From positions 21,140 through 85,139 of the forward strand of contig JAXMCH010000003.1 of NCBI GenBank assembly GCA_046349455.1: a stretch of DNA of 64,000 bases, read 5' to 3'. Below, piece after piece: positions 48,509 through 58,631 of the stretch. The first letter of the stretch is position 1. The number at the start of each line of letters is the position of its first letter. The position numbers and the translations under genes are program-made. The notes below the pieces were generated by a model that worked only from the letters and a program-made list of their open reading frames with translations, had not been told where the DNA came from and ran no database searches. The stretch is from Hyphomonadaceae bacterium. Lineage in GTDB: Bacteria > Pseudomonadota > Alphaproteobacteria > Caulobacterales > Aquidulcibacteraceae.

Positions 48509-49347
48509 CATCATTCGTCGACGCACCCTATGTAGAGACTCTATGGAGCCGAGCAGCCAATCAGCTCGTGCATAGTGCGCTAAACATTCATGTTGGTGAT
48601 GAACTTCGCGGTGCACATTTGCGTTGCGGGTCTGCCCTCGTGACGCAGAACTGGAGCGGCCTGCGCAGCTGCCGTTGGGATGGTGTCGAGCCAGAACATG
48701 AGCTTTGCGACGCAGCGAAAGCGCAGCCTTACCGTTCCGCCAATAACCTCGGTGCATACTTCGCGTCCGGTGGCGATCTCCGTCTCATAAATGTTCCGAT
48801 GCGACGGGACTACACGTTTCGATGCGAGCCTCTGACGCGCACAAGCATCAGGACGGGTGTGATGCACCGCATCGTTTTTGAGCTTGGGCACAGAGGAGAC
48901 GATGATTTCGACGGGATAGTCGAAGAAATCTGTCGGATAGGGGCGCCGGGTGCAATCGTCGTGGTCGTACATCACGGCACGATTGAAGTGGATGCCTGGG
49001 CGGTCAACGACATACTGGTTCCAAACCTGAGGCGCTTGCGACAAAAAATGCGCCGCTCTTTTTGCGCATTCGAGAGACTGAGGCTGCGCGAGACTGGGAT
49101 GGGCGAGCACTTGTTCGCCGAAGCCTGCCTCAACCTTCGAGAACTTACGCGTCACTATGAGGAGGATCCCGCGCATCTGCGACGCGCGGCGGCAGACGGA
49201 TGGACCGCTCGAGGCTTCTTTGATCGCATCGTGCGCAAACACTGGGGACCGTGGCGAACTCGGCGGCGAGTTCGGCGGCGTCTTCGCATCTATGTCGGTA
49301 AAGTTCCGAACAATCCGGCTGAACTCCGTCGTGCGAGGCGGGCATGA
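48505..49347 (+). CDS. hypothetical protein, possibly a degenerate primase-like replication protein
   Basis: ATGA-coupled on both sides; RIVFELG...IVVVVHHG...DAW loosely follows AEP motif spacing but lacks intact catalytic residues. Confidence 0.45.
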   Translation: MTSFVDAPYVETLWSRAANQLVHSALNIHVGDELRGAHLRCGSALVTQNWSGLRSCRWDGVEPEHELCDAAKAQPYRSANNLGAYFASGGDLRLINVPMRRDYTFRCEPLTRTSIRTGVMHRIVFELGHRGDDDFDGIVEEICRIGAPGAIVVVVHHGTIEVDAWAVNDILVPNLRRLRQKMRRSFCAFERLRLRETGMGEHLFAEACLNLRELTRHYEEDPAHLRRAAADGWTARGFFDRIVRKHWGPWRTRRRVRRRLRIYVGKVPNNPAELRRARRA

Positions 49348-49562
49348 AGGGGCGGGTGTCACGATACGCGCCAAATGCGCAGGTGCGCCGCATTGCGAAA
49401 TTGGCAGTCGAGTTAGGCATCGCGCCTGTGGCTTTACGTTTGGGCGCGGATGGGTCGGTCCTAGTCAGTGCCGCGCAGTCCGCAGCGCCGGCTTTGACCG
49501 ATGAGGCAGATGAGGTGCTAGCGGCGTGGGAAGCGGAGCAGGATTTTGTTGTGCGGTCGTAG
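49344..49562 (+). CDS. small xis-like protein preceding the integrase
   Basis: QVRRIAK.A.ELG....LRLGADGSV...A.W pattern typical of ORFs before alphaproteobacterial phage integrases. Confidence 0.55.
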   Translation: MKGRVSRYAPNAQVRRIAKLAVELGIAPVALRLGADGSVLVSAAQSAAPALTDEADEVLAAWEAEQDFVVRS

Positions 49563-49593
49563 CGCAGCGGACGCTTCCGCCGCGCGCAGATCG

Positions 49594-50664
49594 ATGCACG
49601 GATCGCGCCTAGTGGGCCGCAAAACCAAGCGTCCAGATTTGCCTGAGGTCCACGTCGTCCGCGCCAAAGGCCGGGAGTATCACTACGCCTACCGCGGCGG
49701 CCCCCGTCTGCCGAATCCAGACACTCACCCGCTCGCTTACATCAGCGCCTATGAGCAGGCGCACGCCGAACGCTACTTGCCTTCTGCGGTTAGATCTCAA
49801 GGCGAAAAGACCGTTGGCGATTTGGTTGCCCTCTACAAGCAGAGTGGCGATTTTGCGCGCCTCGCGGCTTCGACGCAGAAACTCTACTCCAGCGTACTCG
49901 TTGCCGTGGAGGCTCATTTCGGCAAGCTCGCAATTGTCGCGCTCAAATCGGAGCGGATGCCGGCGCAGATACGCAGATGGCGAGACGAAATCGCCGACAG
50001 GCCGCGCGCCGCAGACACGCGTATCGAGGTGCTGTCGGCGTTGCTGCAGTGGGCGGTGCGCTACAGCTTCGTCTCGAAAAACGCCGCGCGCGGCATCGAG
50101 GCAATCCACCGCACCAATCGATCGGATATCATTTGGACCGAGGATGAATTGCGGCGATTGGCTGCCGCGGCGACGCCTGAGTGCGCACGGGCGATCATAG
50201 TTGCGGCGTACACCGGGTTAAGGCTGGGCGATCTCATCGGACTCACATGGGCAGAGATCGACTTCGACGTGGGCGTCATTGAACGCGCTACGAACAAGAG
50301 CGGCGGACGCACCCTGGCCACGCCACCGTTGCTTCCCGAAGCCCGAGCTGCGTTGGAAAGCGCGCCGCGCGTTGCGCCCAGAGCGCTCACCAGCGGGCTC
50401 GGGCGACCTTGGACCCAGAGCGGGCTCGGCAACGCCTTCAGGGACGCGCGCAATGCGATCGGGGTCAACAAGCGCTTCCACGATTTGCGGGGGACGGCGG
50501 CGACGCGTTTCGCTTCGGCCGGCTTTGGTGCGCAGCAAATCTCTGCCTTCATGGGCTGGGAGGAGGGGCGCGTTGAGGCCATCCTCAAGCGCTACGTGTC
50601 GAAACGCAAGCTCGCGGAGGACGCCGCGCGCCGCCTTCGAGATGCATCAGAAGATGATCGCTAA
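49594..50664 (+). CDS. tyrosine recombinase/integrase
   Basis: YHYAYRGGPRL N-terminus, TGLR.GDL, TNK, FHDLRGT, MGW, RY catalytic set. Start uncertain (49594 or 49612). Confidence 0.92.
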   Translation: MHGSRLVGRKTKRPDLPEVHVVRAKGREYHYAYRGGPRLPNPDTHPLAYISAYEQAHAERYLPSAVRSQGEKTVGDLVALYKQSGDFARLAASTQKLYSSVLVAVEAHFGKLAIVALKSERMPAQIRRWRDEIADRPRAADTRIEVLSALLQWAVRYSFVSKNAARGIEAIHRTNRSDIIWTEDELRRLAAAATPECARAIIVAAYTGLRLGDLIGLTWAEIDFDVGVIERATNKSGGRTLATPPLLPEARAALESAPRVAPRALTSGLGRPWTQSGLGNAFRDARNAIGVNKRFHDLRGTAATRFASAGFGAQQISAFMGWEEGRVEAILKRYVSKRKLAEDAARRLRDASEDDR

Positions 50665-50702
50665 GCGCGCAACCCGGTCTCCAAAGCAATACGGGAGCAT
50701 TC

Positions 50703-51136
50703 ATGTTTAGACGGCGATCCAAAAGAGATTGGCGCGAGGCCACGCGCCATCTTGAAAACCTGGACGTGGTTGAATTGCCCTGGGAGGAGTTTCCGCTCGG
50801 TAGCGACGACTAGTTAGCTTTGCTCTTTCTCGAAGTTATCGACGCGCTCGAGGAAGCTCAAAAAGATGGAGCTCGCTACATCGTTTTTGACCATGGACCT
50901 GACAAACGACCGGACGTGCTATGACAACAGTTTCGGTGACGCGCCTCTGGATCACGCGGGCGGCCTCCACTCTTCCATACGTCAAACGTTGGGGCATCCA
51001 GATCTTTGATGAGGCGGTCCTCGCGGAGATCCGCCCGCCTCGCGATCGAGATGCGCGGGCAAGTTACTTCCAGCGGGTCGCGGTCCGGCTGAGATTAAGC
51101 CGATTGAACTCGCAAGCGTATCCGAATGAATCTTGA
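50703..51136 (+). pseudogene. disrupted Smr-like gene
   Basis: GGAG RBS then MFRRRSKRDW..., in-frame TAG at 50811, continues ALEEAQKDGARYIVFDHG, then shifts frame near 50921 into TTVSVTR...PYVKR..IQ. Confidence 0.5.
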
Positions 51137-51145
51137 GCGCGCCGA

Positions 51146-51350
51146 ACGATCGAACGTTGAGCGATTTCGGATTGCCCGCAGTCGGCCGACCGTGAGCGAA
51201 AGCCCGCAGATCCTCACAGTCACAGGCAAGATCCTGCACGGGGGCGAGGGTTTGGCAATTGGCGGAAGCGGCTAATGACTGGAATGGCCCCGCATGCATG
51301 CCGTCCGTAATATCTTGTCGCGGCGGCGGAGATTGGCCTTAAACGGACAT
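51146..51350 (+). repeat. loose units of the cassette-array repeat
   Basis: TGAGCGA cores at 51158 and 51193; TGGCCC at 51285; GCGGCGGAGAT-TGGCCT-TAAACGGACAT at 51323-51350. Confidence 0.55.
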
Positions 51351-51561
51351 CGGGACGCCGGAAATCAGTTTGTTCGGTCAGGAATGTGATCGGGTCTTTC
51401 GAAGGTGGCTCCGGCTCATCTGCCGAGCGAAGTGGTCCTGCTATAGCCCGGTTGCCGCGCCCCGGACGGTGATGACGTCAGATAGGCGCTCCACTCGCGT
51501 AACTTGCATGCATCGCAAGGGTGGTACAGGATTGTTGCGCTGGTTGTGGACGTACTGATTG

Positions 51562-54500
51562 ATGGAACGAGCAGGGGAAGCTGCGGAGCGGCCGGTTAGA
51601 GTTTTTATTTCGTATGCTCGCGCCGATATCGTGCTCGTCCGCGCTTTGGCCGAGGCGCTTCATGCTTACGGCTATTTTGCCGATTATGACCTAGGCGGCG
51701 ATGAGGCGCGCATCGATGGCGGGCTCTCGCCGTCGGATGATTGGTGGAAGCGTTTACAAGACAACATAGCAGCAGCTGATGTCGTCATCTTTGTGGTTTC
51801 GCCCGAGGCTTCCACGTCAAGCGTTTGCGATGACGAGATCAAATGGGCGCAAGACCTCGGCAAGCGCATCATTCCGATCGTCGCACGGCGGATCGATTTT
51901 CAAGCTTTGCCCAAGCGTCTGTCCTCCCTCAATCTGTCGCTGCCGTTTTCAGAAGCTGCGGGCACGGCGCACTTACCATTTGAGAGTTTTGACGTCTCGT
52001 TTCGGCGGCTTGTGGCTGCGATTGAGATCGATCTCGACTGGCTGCGCGAGGGCGCGCGTATCACGGCATTAGCTTTAACGTGGGTCAGGAACGGGCGGCC
52101 CGCTTGGGCTTTGGCGCGCGCAGGTGCGATTTCCCAGGCAGACCAATGGGCCGCCAGAAGGCCGCCAGGTGCGGCGCCTCCAGGCGAGATGGTTCAAGAG
52201 TTTCTGTCCGCGAGTCGCGCTAAAGAGGAGAGCGACCGTACGCGTTTGCGTAGCATCACTGGACGAGCTTTTGTACGTCCGGCGGCTGCGGCGATCGAAG
52301 CCGGTCACTTTGATAGCGCGCTTCGTATCATGGCGACGGGCGCCTATCTTGCGGAAGATCCTCATTTCGAACTTGTGCCTGAGTTGTTTGACGCTGGCGC
52401 ACGCGCAATAGCCGAGACCAGGCTGCGTGGCTCCTATCAAATCAACGCGCTAGTCTCAGCTCTTATTCCGCTGAGCTCAAATAGTGTCGCGACGTTTGAC
52501 GATGAGGGCGAGATCAGATTCTGGGACCTCAGAACAGGAGACGCGGGCGTCAGTCGCCAGATTTCGAACGTCGCGCTGCGAAGCGCTTGCTTCATTGCAG
52601 GTTCAAATGAATTTCTGGTTGGCGACGACGCAGGGATTGTTCATCGCCTCAGCGCGGGTGGAACGCCTGTGGAGCAATGGCAGGTACAAGACAAGGCGGT
52701 GCAGACGCTATGTGTGGATCACAGCGGTCGGACCGTACTCGTTGGCGGCGCTGCTTACGATCTAGAGACCAAGACTCTCATTCATAATGCGGTGAGACCC
52801 CATGCCGGCCCGCCCACAAGTGCATTGAGTTCCTGCGGGCGGTGGATCGCGATTGCAGACAGGCGCCAGATTCGTATCCACGAAGTGCGGACCGGACGCG
52901 AGACTATCGCGTTTACGGTCGACTATGAGCGAAATCACACGCTTAGAAACACCGCGCTTTGTTTCACGCCTGATTCTGATCGCTTGCTGGCGATCTATGA
53001 AGACGGACGTCTAGGCGACTCCAACGTGGAGACCGTCTGGATCGAGACCGAAACCGGCGTCCTGTCTTCGGCCAATTGGAAGTTAGATCGTGTGCCGTCG
53101 GGGCTTTCCATAAGTTCTGATGGAAAGCGTGCGTTGTTGCGGTATCCGACATATGCCGCCGTTTGGCATATCGATGCTTCGGAGCGCACAGTCCTCATCG
53201 CTGCAGCGCCGCGTACGTTCGATGGTGCGATCTTCAGCGGCAACGCGCGGCAAGTCTTCACATGGAGCGCCGGCGATTTTCAAGCGTGGAGCGTTTGGCG
53301 CACGTTATGCGTGGCGCGTTTGGCGCACGAGGGCGTGAGGACCTACGATGTGAGCGTGGCGGCGGACGCAGGTCAGATCCTTATCAGCGACGAAAGGGGC
53401 GTCCGGCTGATTGCGGAGACCGATTATGCCCTCTTGGCGGAAGCGCCGCCTGGAGGGCTTGGTCGGAGAGCCGATATGGCGCGAGATGGAAGCGCTTATG
53501 TGCATGCGACCGCGTACGCCGATGCGATCGAGTATATGTCAATCAAAGATGATGTGCGCCGCACATTTACACGACCGGAGGCGTCGAAGCGCAAAGAGGC
53601 TATTGAGGCGCTGAAGATTAGTCCTGATGGCAAACGTATTGCGTTTAGCGAAGACAGCGTCACGGAATCTTCCAGTGTTTTTGTCCTGAATTGCCAGGAC
53701 GGCTCGCTGATTTCCACACTCGCGATCGATGCGCCGCGCGCGACCGTATTGGCCTTTGATCCGAGCGGGCACCTGCTTGCAATGGGCGTGGGGCCTAAGG
53801 TTGAGATTTGGGACGTATTGCGCGGCGCGATCGTCCAAACTTTCGGCGACCACGAAACGCACGTTTCAAGCATAGATTGGAGTCGCTGCGGGCGGTTTCT
53901 GGTCTCCACGGGTGGCTTGAGCGTTCGGCTTTGGGATAGAGAAACTGGAAATTTGATCAGAAGCCGTCGCGCGCCACCTGGCGAGTACATGTTTACGTCG
54001 GTAGCGTTTGCCCCGGATGCTCGCACAATAGCGATTGGTGTTGAAGTCCTCGGCAATCGATCGTCGTTGCGGATTTTGCATCGAGAGACGTTGCGAGAGT
54101 TGATGCATGTCGGCAGCCTGTCGGAGTCGATCAGGTCCTTAGCGTTCGGGCGAACCGGGAAAATCCTCTACGCTCATTACAGCAATGACGACGTCCGAGC
54201 ATGGGATGTGGGCCGCGCCATTGCTTTGGGGGGGCGCCCGCACGAAATTTTGGCGGCCTCGCTTAGGCAAGGTCTCGGGCGAAGACTTCCAAGTGAAGCG
54301 GACGACTTCTTGATGAATGAGAGTCCGGCGGACGCTTACGAAGCGCTCACCGACACGATGGATAGAGACGCGTTGGCGCATGTCACCCAGATTGGCGCTG
54401 CTCTTAGTGAAGAGCCACATGCGAATTGTTTTGGCTATCCAATCCCAATCGTCGCACAAGCGGGCGTAGTCGTTGCCAGCGAGCCGGTCGCGCCCGCACT

Positions 54501-54717
54501 TGAGGGAGTGCCTGCGCCAATGGCGCTTGCGAGCGATACGCTAATGTCAAGTCCCTCAACACCAATGGCGGCTCTCACGCCGGCTGCAACGGGGATGGTG
54601 ATGCCGGTGAAAGCATCGTCAAAACGCCAAAACGGTGAGTTGCTCTGGATCGCTGGTGTGATTTTGGTTGTAGCGCTTGTCACAATAGGTTGGTCGCAGA
54701 CCCTCATGTCGAACTAG
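51562..54717 (+). CDS. TIR domain + WD40 propellers + C-terminal TM helix
   Basis: VFISYARAD, SPEA..S.VCDDEI, many WD-type repeats (IRFWD, VEIWD, VRLWD, VRAWD), terminal LLWIAGVILVVALVTIGW. Confidence 0.88.
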   Translation: MERAGEAAERPVRVFISYARADIVLVRALAEALHAYGYFADYDLGGDEARIDGGLSPSDDWWKRLQDNIAAADVVIFVVSPEASTSSVCDDEIKWAQDLGKRIIPIVARRIDFQALPKRLSSLNLSLPFSEAAGTAHLPFESFDVSFRRLVAAIEIDLDWLREGARITALALTWVRNGRPAWALARAGAISQADQWAARRPPGAAPPGEMVQEFLSASRAKEESDRTRLRSITGRAFVRPAAAAIEAGHFDSALRIMATGAYLAEDPHFELVPELFDAGARAIAETRLRGSYQINALVSALIPLSSNSVATFDDEGEIRFWDLRTGDAGVSRQISNVALRSACFIAGSNEFLVGDDAGIVHRLSAGGTPVEQWQVQDKAVQTLCVDHSGRTVLVGGAAYDLETKTLIHNAVRPHAGPPTSALSSCGRWIAIADRRQIRIHEVRTGRETIAFTVDYERNHTLRNTALCFTPDSDRLLAIYEDGRLGDSNVETVWIETETGVLSSANWKLDRVPSGLSISSDGKRALLRYPTYAAVWHIDASERTVLIAAAPRTFDGAIFSGNARQVFTWSAGDFQAWSVWRTLCVARLAHEGVRTYDVSVAADAGQILISDERGVRLIAETDYALLAEAPPGGLGRRADMARDGSAYVHATAYADAIEYMSIKDDVRRTFTRPEASKRKEAIEALKISPDGKRIAFSEDSVTESSSVFVLNCQDGSLISTLAIDAPRATVLAFDPSGHLLAMGVGPKVEIWDVLRGAIVQTFGDHETHVSSIDWSRCGRFLVSTGGLSVRLWDRETGNLIRSRRAPPGEYMFTSVAFAPDARTIAIGVEVLGNRSSLRILHRETLRELMHVGSLSESIRSLAFGRTGKILYAHYSNDDVRAWDVGRAIALGGRPHEILAASLRQGLGRRLPSEADDFLMNESPADAYEALTDTMDRDALAHVTQIGAALSEEPHANCFGYPIPIVAQAGVVVASEPVAPALEGVPAPMALASDTLMSSPSTPMAALTPAATGMVMPVKASSKRQNGELLWIAGVILVVALVTIGWSQTLMSN

Positions 54718-55227
54718 CCGATATCTCGAGCTTCAAACCAGTCCCATCAGCGCGCGTAAGAGGCGCATGCGCTTATTGCTGGAGCGTTCACTGCGCGGCG
54801 TGAATGCGATCTGAAACGGTGCGTTGTCCGAGTGTAGTTCTTCCGCGAACGGCCGAAATCGCCTGTCCGAAGCGGCTGTCTGGCGCCAATCGGAATTTGC
54901 ACCGCGTTGTACGATTGCGTGGAAGGAAGCGGTTCAGCGCCACCAGTTCTTCGCCGCATATCTCCGGGTTCAGCTGAATCGAAATTTTCCGCAGCGAGAA
55001 GTCAGGACAAACGCGAGAACCGTGACATCTGCCTTCACGGAATGTTGGCAGAACGTTGCCAAGACAAAAACATGTCCAAATCAATGGCGAAGTATCCCTC
55101 CCTCAAGTGGCGACCTGCGCGCGTTTCACTACGCAATCGCTTGTTTCATTCACGTGGCTGAGCTTAGCCCGTTGTCAGAGCGCGGGTTCGTAGGACCGAA
55201 GCGAAGCAGCCTTTGCCCCCCAGAGCA

Positions 55228-55302
55228 ACGGCAGGAAGTCGCTCAATGCCTGCCATTCGAAAGGGTATGGCAGTAGGGCAGGGATTGGCCCAAAGCTGCC
55301 GC
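55228..55302. repeat. two units of the cassette-array repeat, the first with an inverted core
   Basis: ACGGCAGGAAG-TCGCTCA-ATGCCTGCCAT at 55228-55256; AGGGCAGGGAT-TGGCCC-AAAGCTGCCGC at 55275-55302. Confidence 0.65.
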
Positions 55303-55412
55303 CGGCTCTAAGTCACGGAGCGGTTTCAGCGGCCTTGCACCGGATCACGCTGTGTATTCAGTGCGCTCGCCTGCCGAAACCTTTCCTGGACAGATTGAAG
55401 ATCTTAGCCGCT

Positions 55413-56462
55413 TTACGGGCGTTTCTTATGGTCAATGCCGATATCCAACGCCCGACTTGGCGCGTGTCCCGTCCAGCGTTTGAAGGCGCGCGAAAAGGCT
55501 GAAGCGTCCGCAAATCCAACGAGATAAGCCGTCTCATTCACCGACGCCTTGCGGCCCTCCAGATACTGGAGCGCCATGCGGCAGCGCAACTCATCCAAGA
55601 CTTCGGCGAAGGTCACGCCTTCAGCTTTGAGCGCGCGATAGATGGTCTGGCGGCTCGTTTGCATCAGCGCCGCGATCTGCTCGACACTGACGGCGCCGGT
55701 ATGCAGACGCGGCAGTATCAAGGCCTCCACTTGGCCACGCAGCGTGTTTTGGCGCTGAAGCTCTTCGAGCAGCGCCTCGCCCCGCTGGGTTAAAACCCCA
55801 AACGCATAGCGATTGTCCGGCGCAACAATGGCGTCGTCGAAATCGAGAGTCGTCTGGATAGCGTTACGGCCGGCGGCGAATGTAACCGGCACCTGCCAGA
55901 GCCGTTCATACGCTTCTGCGTGGGCAGGCGCGGGATGCGTCACCTGCGCGGCCAGCGCGTACGTTAGATGCGGAAAGGCGTGACGCGTAAAGCAAATGAA
56001 ACGCGACCAGGTTGATTCGGTCAGTTCTGGAAAAGCGTTGGGGTTAGCGCGGCGATCGAGCATCCAGCGCCGGCCGTTCTCCAAGCGGATATCAAAGCGG
56101 GGTCCATCGCCCACGCCTTCGACATCGGCGACGAGGCGGCCATAGCGGTTCAGTTGGACCAGGGCTTCGGCCATGGTGGCGGCGTTATGGGCGATGAGAC
56201 CCGCAATGGAAAAGTGGCGCAGGTCTGTTGCTGCGCCAAACTCGAGCGGCAGGGCAGGATCGCCGGTAAGTGTCTTGCCGGCTCGCACCAAGGCTCGAAA
56301 CGCCCCAAGCGGCACGCGCGCATCGGGATCGTCAAGCTCCGCCAAGCCAGGCCCGCAGGCGCTCAAGAGCTTTGCGCGCTGTGCCCCGCGGCCGGCGGCA
56401 AATTCAACGAAGGCGTGCGCAAACCCTGCTGAAACGGTCGGAGAGACTGGGATCTGCGCCAT
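55413..56462 (-). CDS. AraC family regulator (OruR-like N-domain + HTH)
   Basis: DPDARVP, TGDPAL, L..EGVTF...LDELR, AYLVGF.D.SAFSRAFKRWTG. Confidence 0.92.
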   Translation of the reverse strand: MAQIPVSPTVSAGFAHAFVEFAAGRGAQRAKLLSACGPGLAELDDPDARVPLGAFRALVRAGKTLTGDPALPLEFGAATDLRHFSIAGLIAHNAATMAEALVQLNRYGRLVADVEGVGDGPRFDIRLENGRRWMLDRRANPNAFPELTESTWSRFICFTRHAFPHLTYALAAQVTHPAPAHAEAYERLWQVPVTFAAGRNAIQTTLDFDDAIVAPDNRYAFGVLTQRGEALLEELQRQNTLRGQVEALILPRLHTGAVSVEQIAALMQTSRQTIYRALKAEGVTFAEVLDELRCRMALQYLEGRKASVNETAYLVGFADASAFSRAFKRWTGHAPSRALDIGIDHKKRP

Positions 56463-56557
56463 TGTTGCAACGAAAAGCCAGATGGGTGTTACCGATCGCT
56501 ATGGCCATAGCCCCGACCAGCGATAGGAGGTGAGCCGATCAACATAAGGCGCCCGTC

Positions 56558-57286
56558 TTGAACGAACAGCTTCCCTCCTCGCGCGACCTTCAGTCTGGCT
56601 TGCATGGGCAGGCCCGCTCGGCGGGGGCGTTCTACGTGCTTGTCGTGGTCACCGGCACCTTCAGCCTGGGCCTCACGCCAGAGCGCCTCTTCGTGGGCGA
56701 CACACCCGGGGCGCTGGCTGCCTCGATCGCGGCTCAGGACTGGCTCTTGCGTGTCTCGATACTTGCCGAGGCGACGTGTTACTTGGCGTTCGGATGCCTT
56801 GCGCTGGCGCTGCATGCGCTCTTGCGTCCGGTTCATAGAGGCGCTGCCGCGGGCATGGCGATGCTCGTCTTGATCAGCGTGCCGTTCGGTTTTTCTAATC
56901 TTGTCGCCCTGGTGGAGATACAGCGGATCGTCGAGAGCGGCGCAGCGTTAACCTCGGCCGAGGCCGTGGCCGACGCGTACGCGCGGTATCGCGCCGGCCA
57001 TTTTCTGCAGAGCGCGCCGTGGGGGCTCTGGCTCTTGCCGTTTGGATATCTGGCGCTGCGCTCAGGCTTCATGCCGCCGCTCTTGGGCTTTGGTCTCATC
57101 TTGGCGGGGGCAGGCTATGTCGCCCACTTTGCGGCGCGCCTGCTTGTTGACGGATATAGGGAGAGCATCTGGCCGGATGTATTTGCCGCGCCGCGTATCG
57201 CTGAAATCCTCATGGCGTTTTGGCTGCTCGTATTCGGCGCGCGTCGCTCGCTTTGGCGGACACGACCAGCAGCGGACCAGAGCTAA
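56558..57286 (+). CDS. DUF4386-like membrane protein
   Basis: AR.AG.FY, L.ALLRPV, WGLWLLPFGYL..RSGF.P..LG, EI...WLL. Confidence 0.75.
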   Translation: MNEQLPSSRDLQSGLHGQARSAGAFYVLVVVTGTFSLGLTPERLFVGDTPGALAASIAAQDWLLRVSILAEATCYLAFGCLALALHALLRPVHRGAAAGMAMLVLISVPFGFSNLVALVEIQRIVESGAALTSAEAVADAYARYRAGHFLQSAPWGLWLLPFGYLALRSGFMPPLLGFGLILAGAGYVAHFAARLLVDGYRESIWPDVFAAPRIAEILMAFWLLVFGARRSLWRTRPAADQS

Positions 57287-57297
57287 GGAAGCACATC

Positions 57298-57702
57298 ATG
57301 CGCAAGGTCATCGCGCCAAACGCAATCAAGCTGGCGTTTATGTGGACGTCGTTGATGTTTCTTTACATCTACAATGACTACTTCATGCTCTACATGCCCG
57401 GCGAAATCGAGGCGATGCAGGCAGGGCGGATCGGACCGCTGGGCGCGGCGACCGAAACGGTGATGGTGTGCGTCTCCACGATGTTGGCGATCCCCGCGCT
57501 GATGATCGGGCTCTCGGTACTTTTGCCGAGGCAAATCTCCAGGTGGCTAAACGTCGTTTTCGGCTTGGTCTATACTGCGATCGAGGCCTTGACCCTGACC
57601 TCACCGCATCTCTTCTACAAGATCGTGGTGGCGCTCGAGATCGCCGTCACACTTGGCATTGTCGCACTGGCTTTGCGATGGCCAAAAGATGAGGTCGCTT
57701 AG
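57298..57702 (+). CDS. DUF6326-like membrane protein
   Basis: KLA.MW.SLMFLYIY.DYF.LY.PG, AIPALM, RW.N..G..YT, A.RWP. Confidence 0.75.
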   Translation: MRKVIAPNAIKLAFMWTSLMFLYIYNDYFMLYMPGEIEAMQAGRIGPLGAATETVMVCVSTMLAIPALMIGLSVLLPRQISRWLNVVFGLVYTAIEALTLTSPHLFYKIVVALEIAVTLGIVALALRWPKDEVA

Positions 57703-57763
57703 CATCGGCAAATGAAGTGCGCCGGGCGATTGGACATCGACCGCGCAGCGCCGGAAAAGACCA

Positions 57764-57882
57764 ATGTCCGAGTTCGGCGACGGTCGGCCCTAGTGGAGCC
57801 AATGTGATCTATGTCACGATTTGAGCGACTAAGCCGGTTGTGATTTTGTACTCGATGACGGGCCATGGCCCAATCCGGACAT
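57764..57882 (+). repeat. composite 119-bp repeat, copy A
   Basis: Ends ATGTCCG...CGGACAT; cores CGGCGA (+11), TGAGCGA (+58), TGGCCC (+102). Confidence 0.85.
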
Positions 57883-57900
57883 CGCTCCTACAACGGCGTC

Positions 57901-58431
57901 ATGCGCTTGGCCCGCCAACGTATCGCCCTAGCGGCCTGTGCGCTTCTGGCCGCGTCCTGCTCCAATGAGGTCTTACCGGAAGCGGACCTCTATCGGCAGG
58001 CAGTACAACTGTCTTCGACCGCGCATGAGGGACCGCAGCTAATTATCTGGTCCAAGGACTATATGAGCGGCTTCCTAATCGGCACCGTCGTCACGGAAGC
58101 CGGCGTCACGCACTATGCGACGCGAACAGCGCTAACCGGAAGCGGCGCGGATCGCGTTGGCCCGATAGAGGTTCAGAGGACCGACGCGAGGCCCGATACG
58201 ATCCTCTCTCACTTCCAGCGTTTGCGCGCCTACAACGGGCAAAATTGGTATTGCCCCATGATGGATGGCGGGAGAGTGCTGATCGAGGGCGAATTGAACG
58301 GCAAGAGGTTCGCCCTGTCAGTCGACCCCCATGCGTGTGACGACCAACGTTCGCGAGTTGTGGCGGAGGTCATGGCGTTGGTTCCACCGTTTGACTTCGG
58401 CCAGCGTGATGTCCGCTCCCGGCGAACTTAG
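57901..58431 (+). CDS. hypothetical lipoprotein
   Basis: IALAACALLAASC lipobox; last codons and stop lie inside repeat copy B. Confidence 0.7.
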   Translation: MRLARQRIALAACALLAASCSNEVLPEADLYRQAVQLSSTAHEGPQLIIWSKDYMSGFLIGTVVTEAGVTHYATRTALTGSGADRVGPIEVQRTDARPDTILSHFQRLRAYNGQNWYCPMMDGGRVLIEGELNGKRFALSVDPHACDDQRSRVVAEVMALVPPFDFGQRDVRSRRT

Positions 58432-58526
58432 CCAGTCACCGGCGGCTGACGCGAGCGTCACTAATTGAGCGAGTGAGCCGGTCGTGAAATATTACGGATG
58501 GGCGGGCGCTGGCCCAATGAAGACAT
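58409..58526 (+). repeat. composite repeat, copy B
   Basis: ATGTCCGCTCC-CGGCGA...TTGAGCGAGTGAGCCGGTCGTGA...TGGCCCAATGAAGACAT, colinear with copy A. Confidence 0.85.
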
Positions 58527-58631
58527 TGCCGGCTGTATTCAAGTGCACGTGAGACTTGCTAGAGTCCTCGACCCTGACGGGTGTTGAGATGCTCATGTGG
58601 CATGGCTGGGGCTTTGCCGGGGGGAGGGCGC

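Noticed and set aside
54747-55200. Short overlapping ORFs after the first TIR gene
   Set aside because: No RBS, motif or protein-like composition; at most a decayed remnant.
57865-57900. MAQSGH N-terminal extension of the lipoprotein
   Set aside because: It is translated repeat sequence; the signal peptide starts at ATG 57901.
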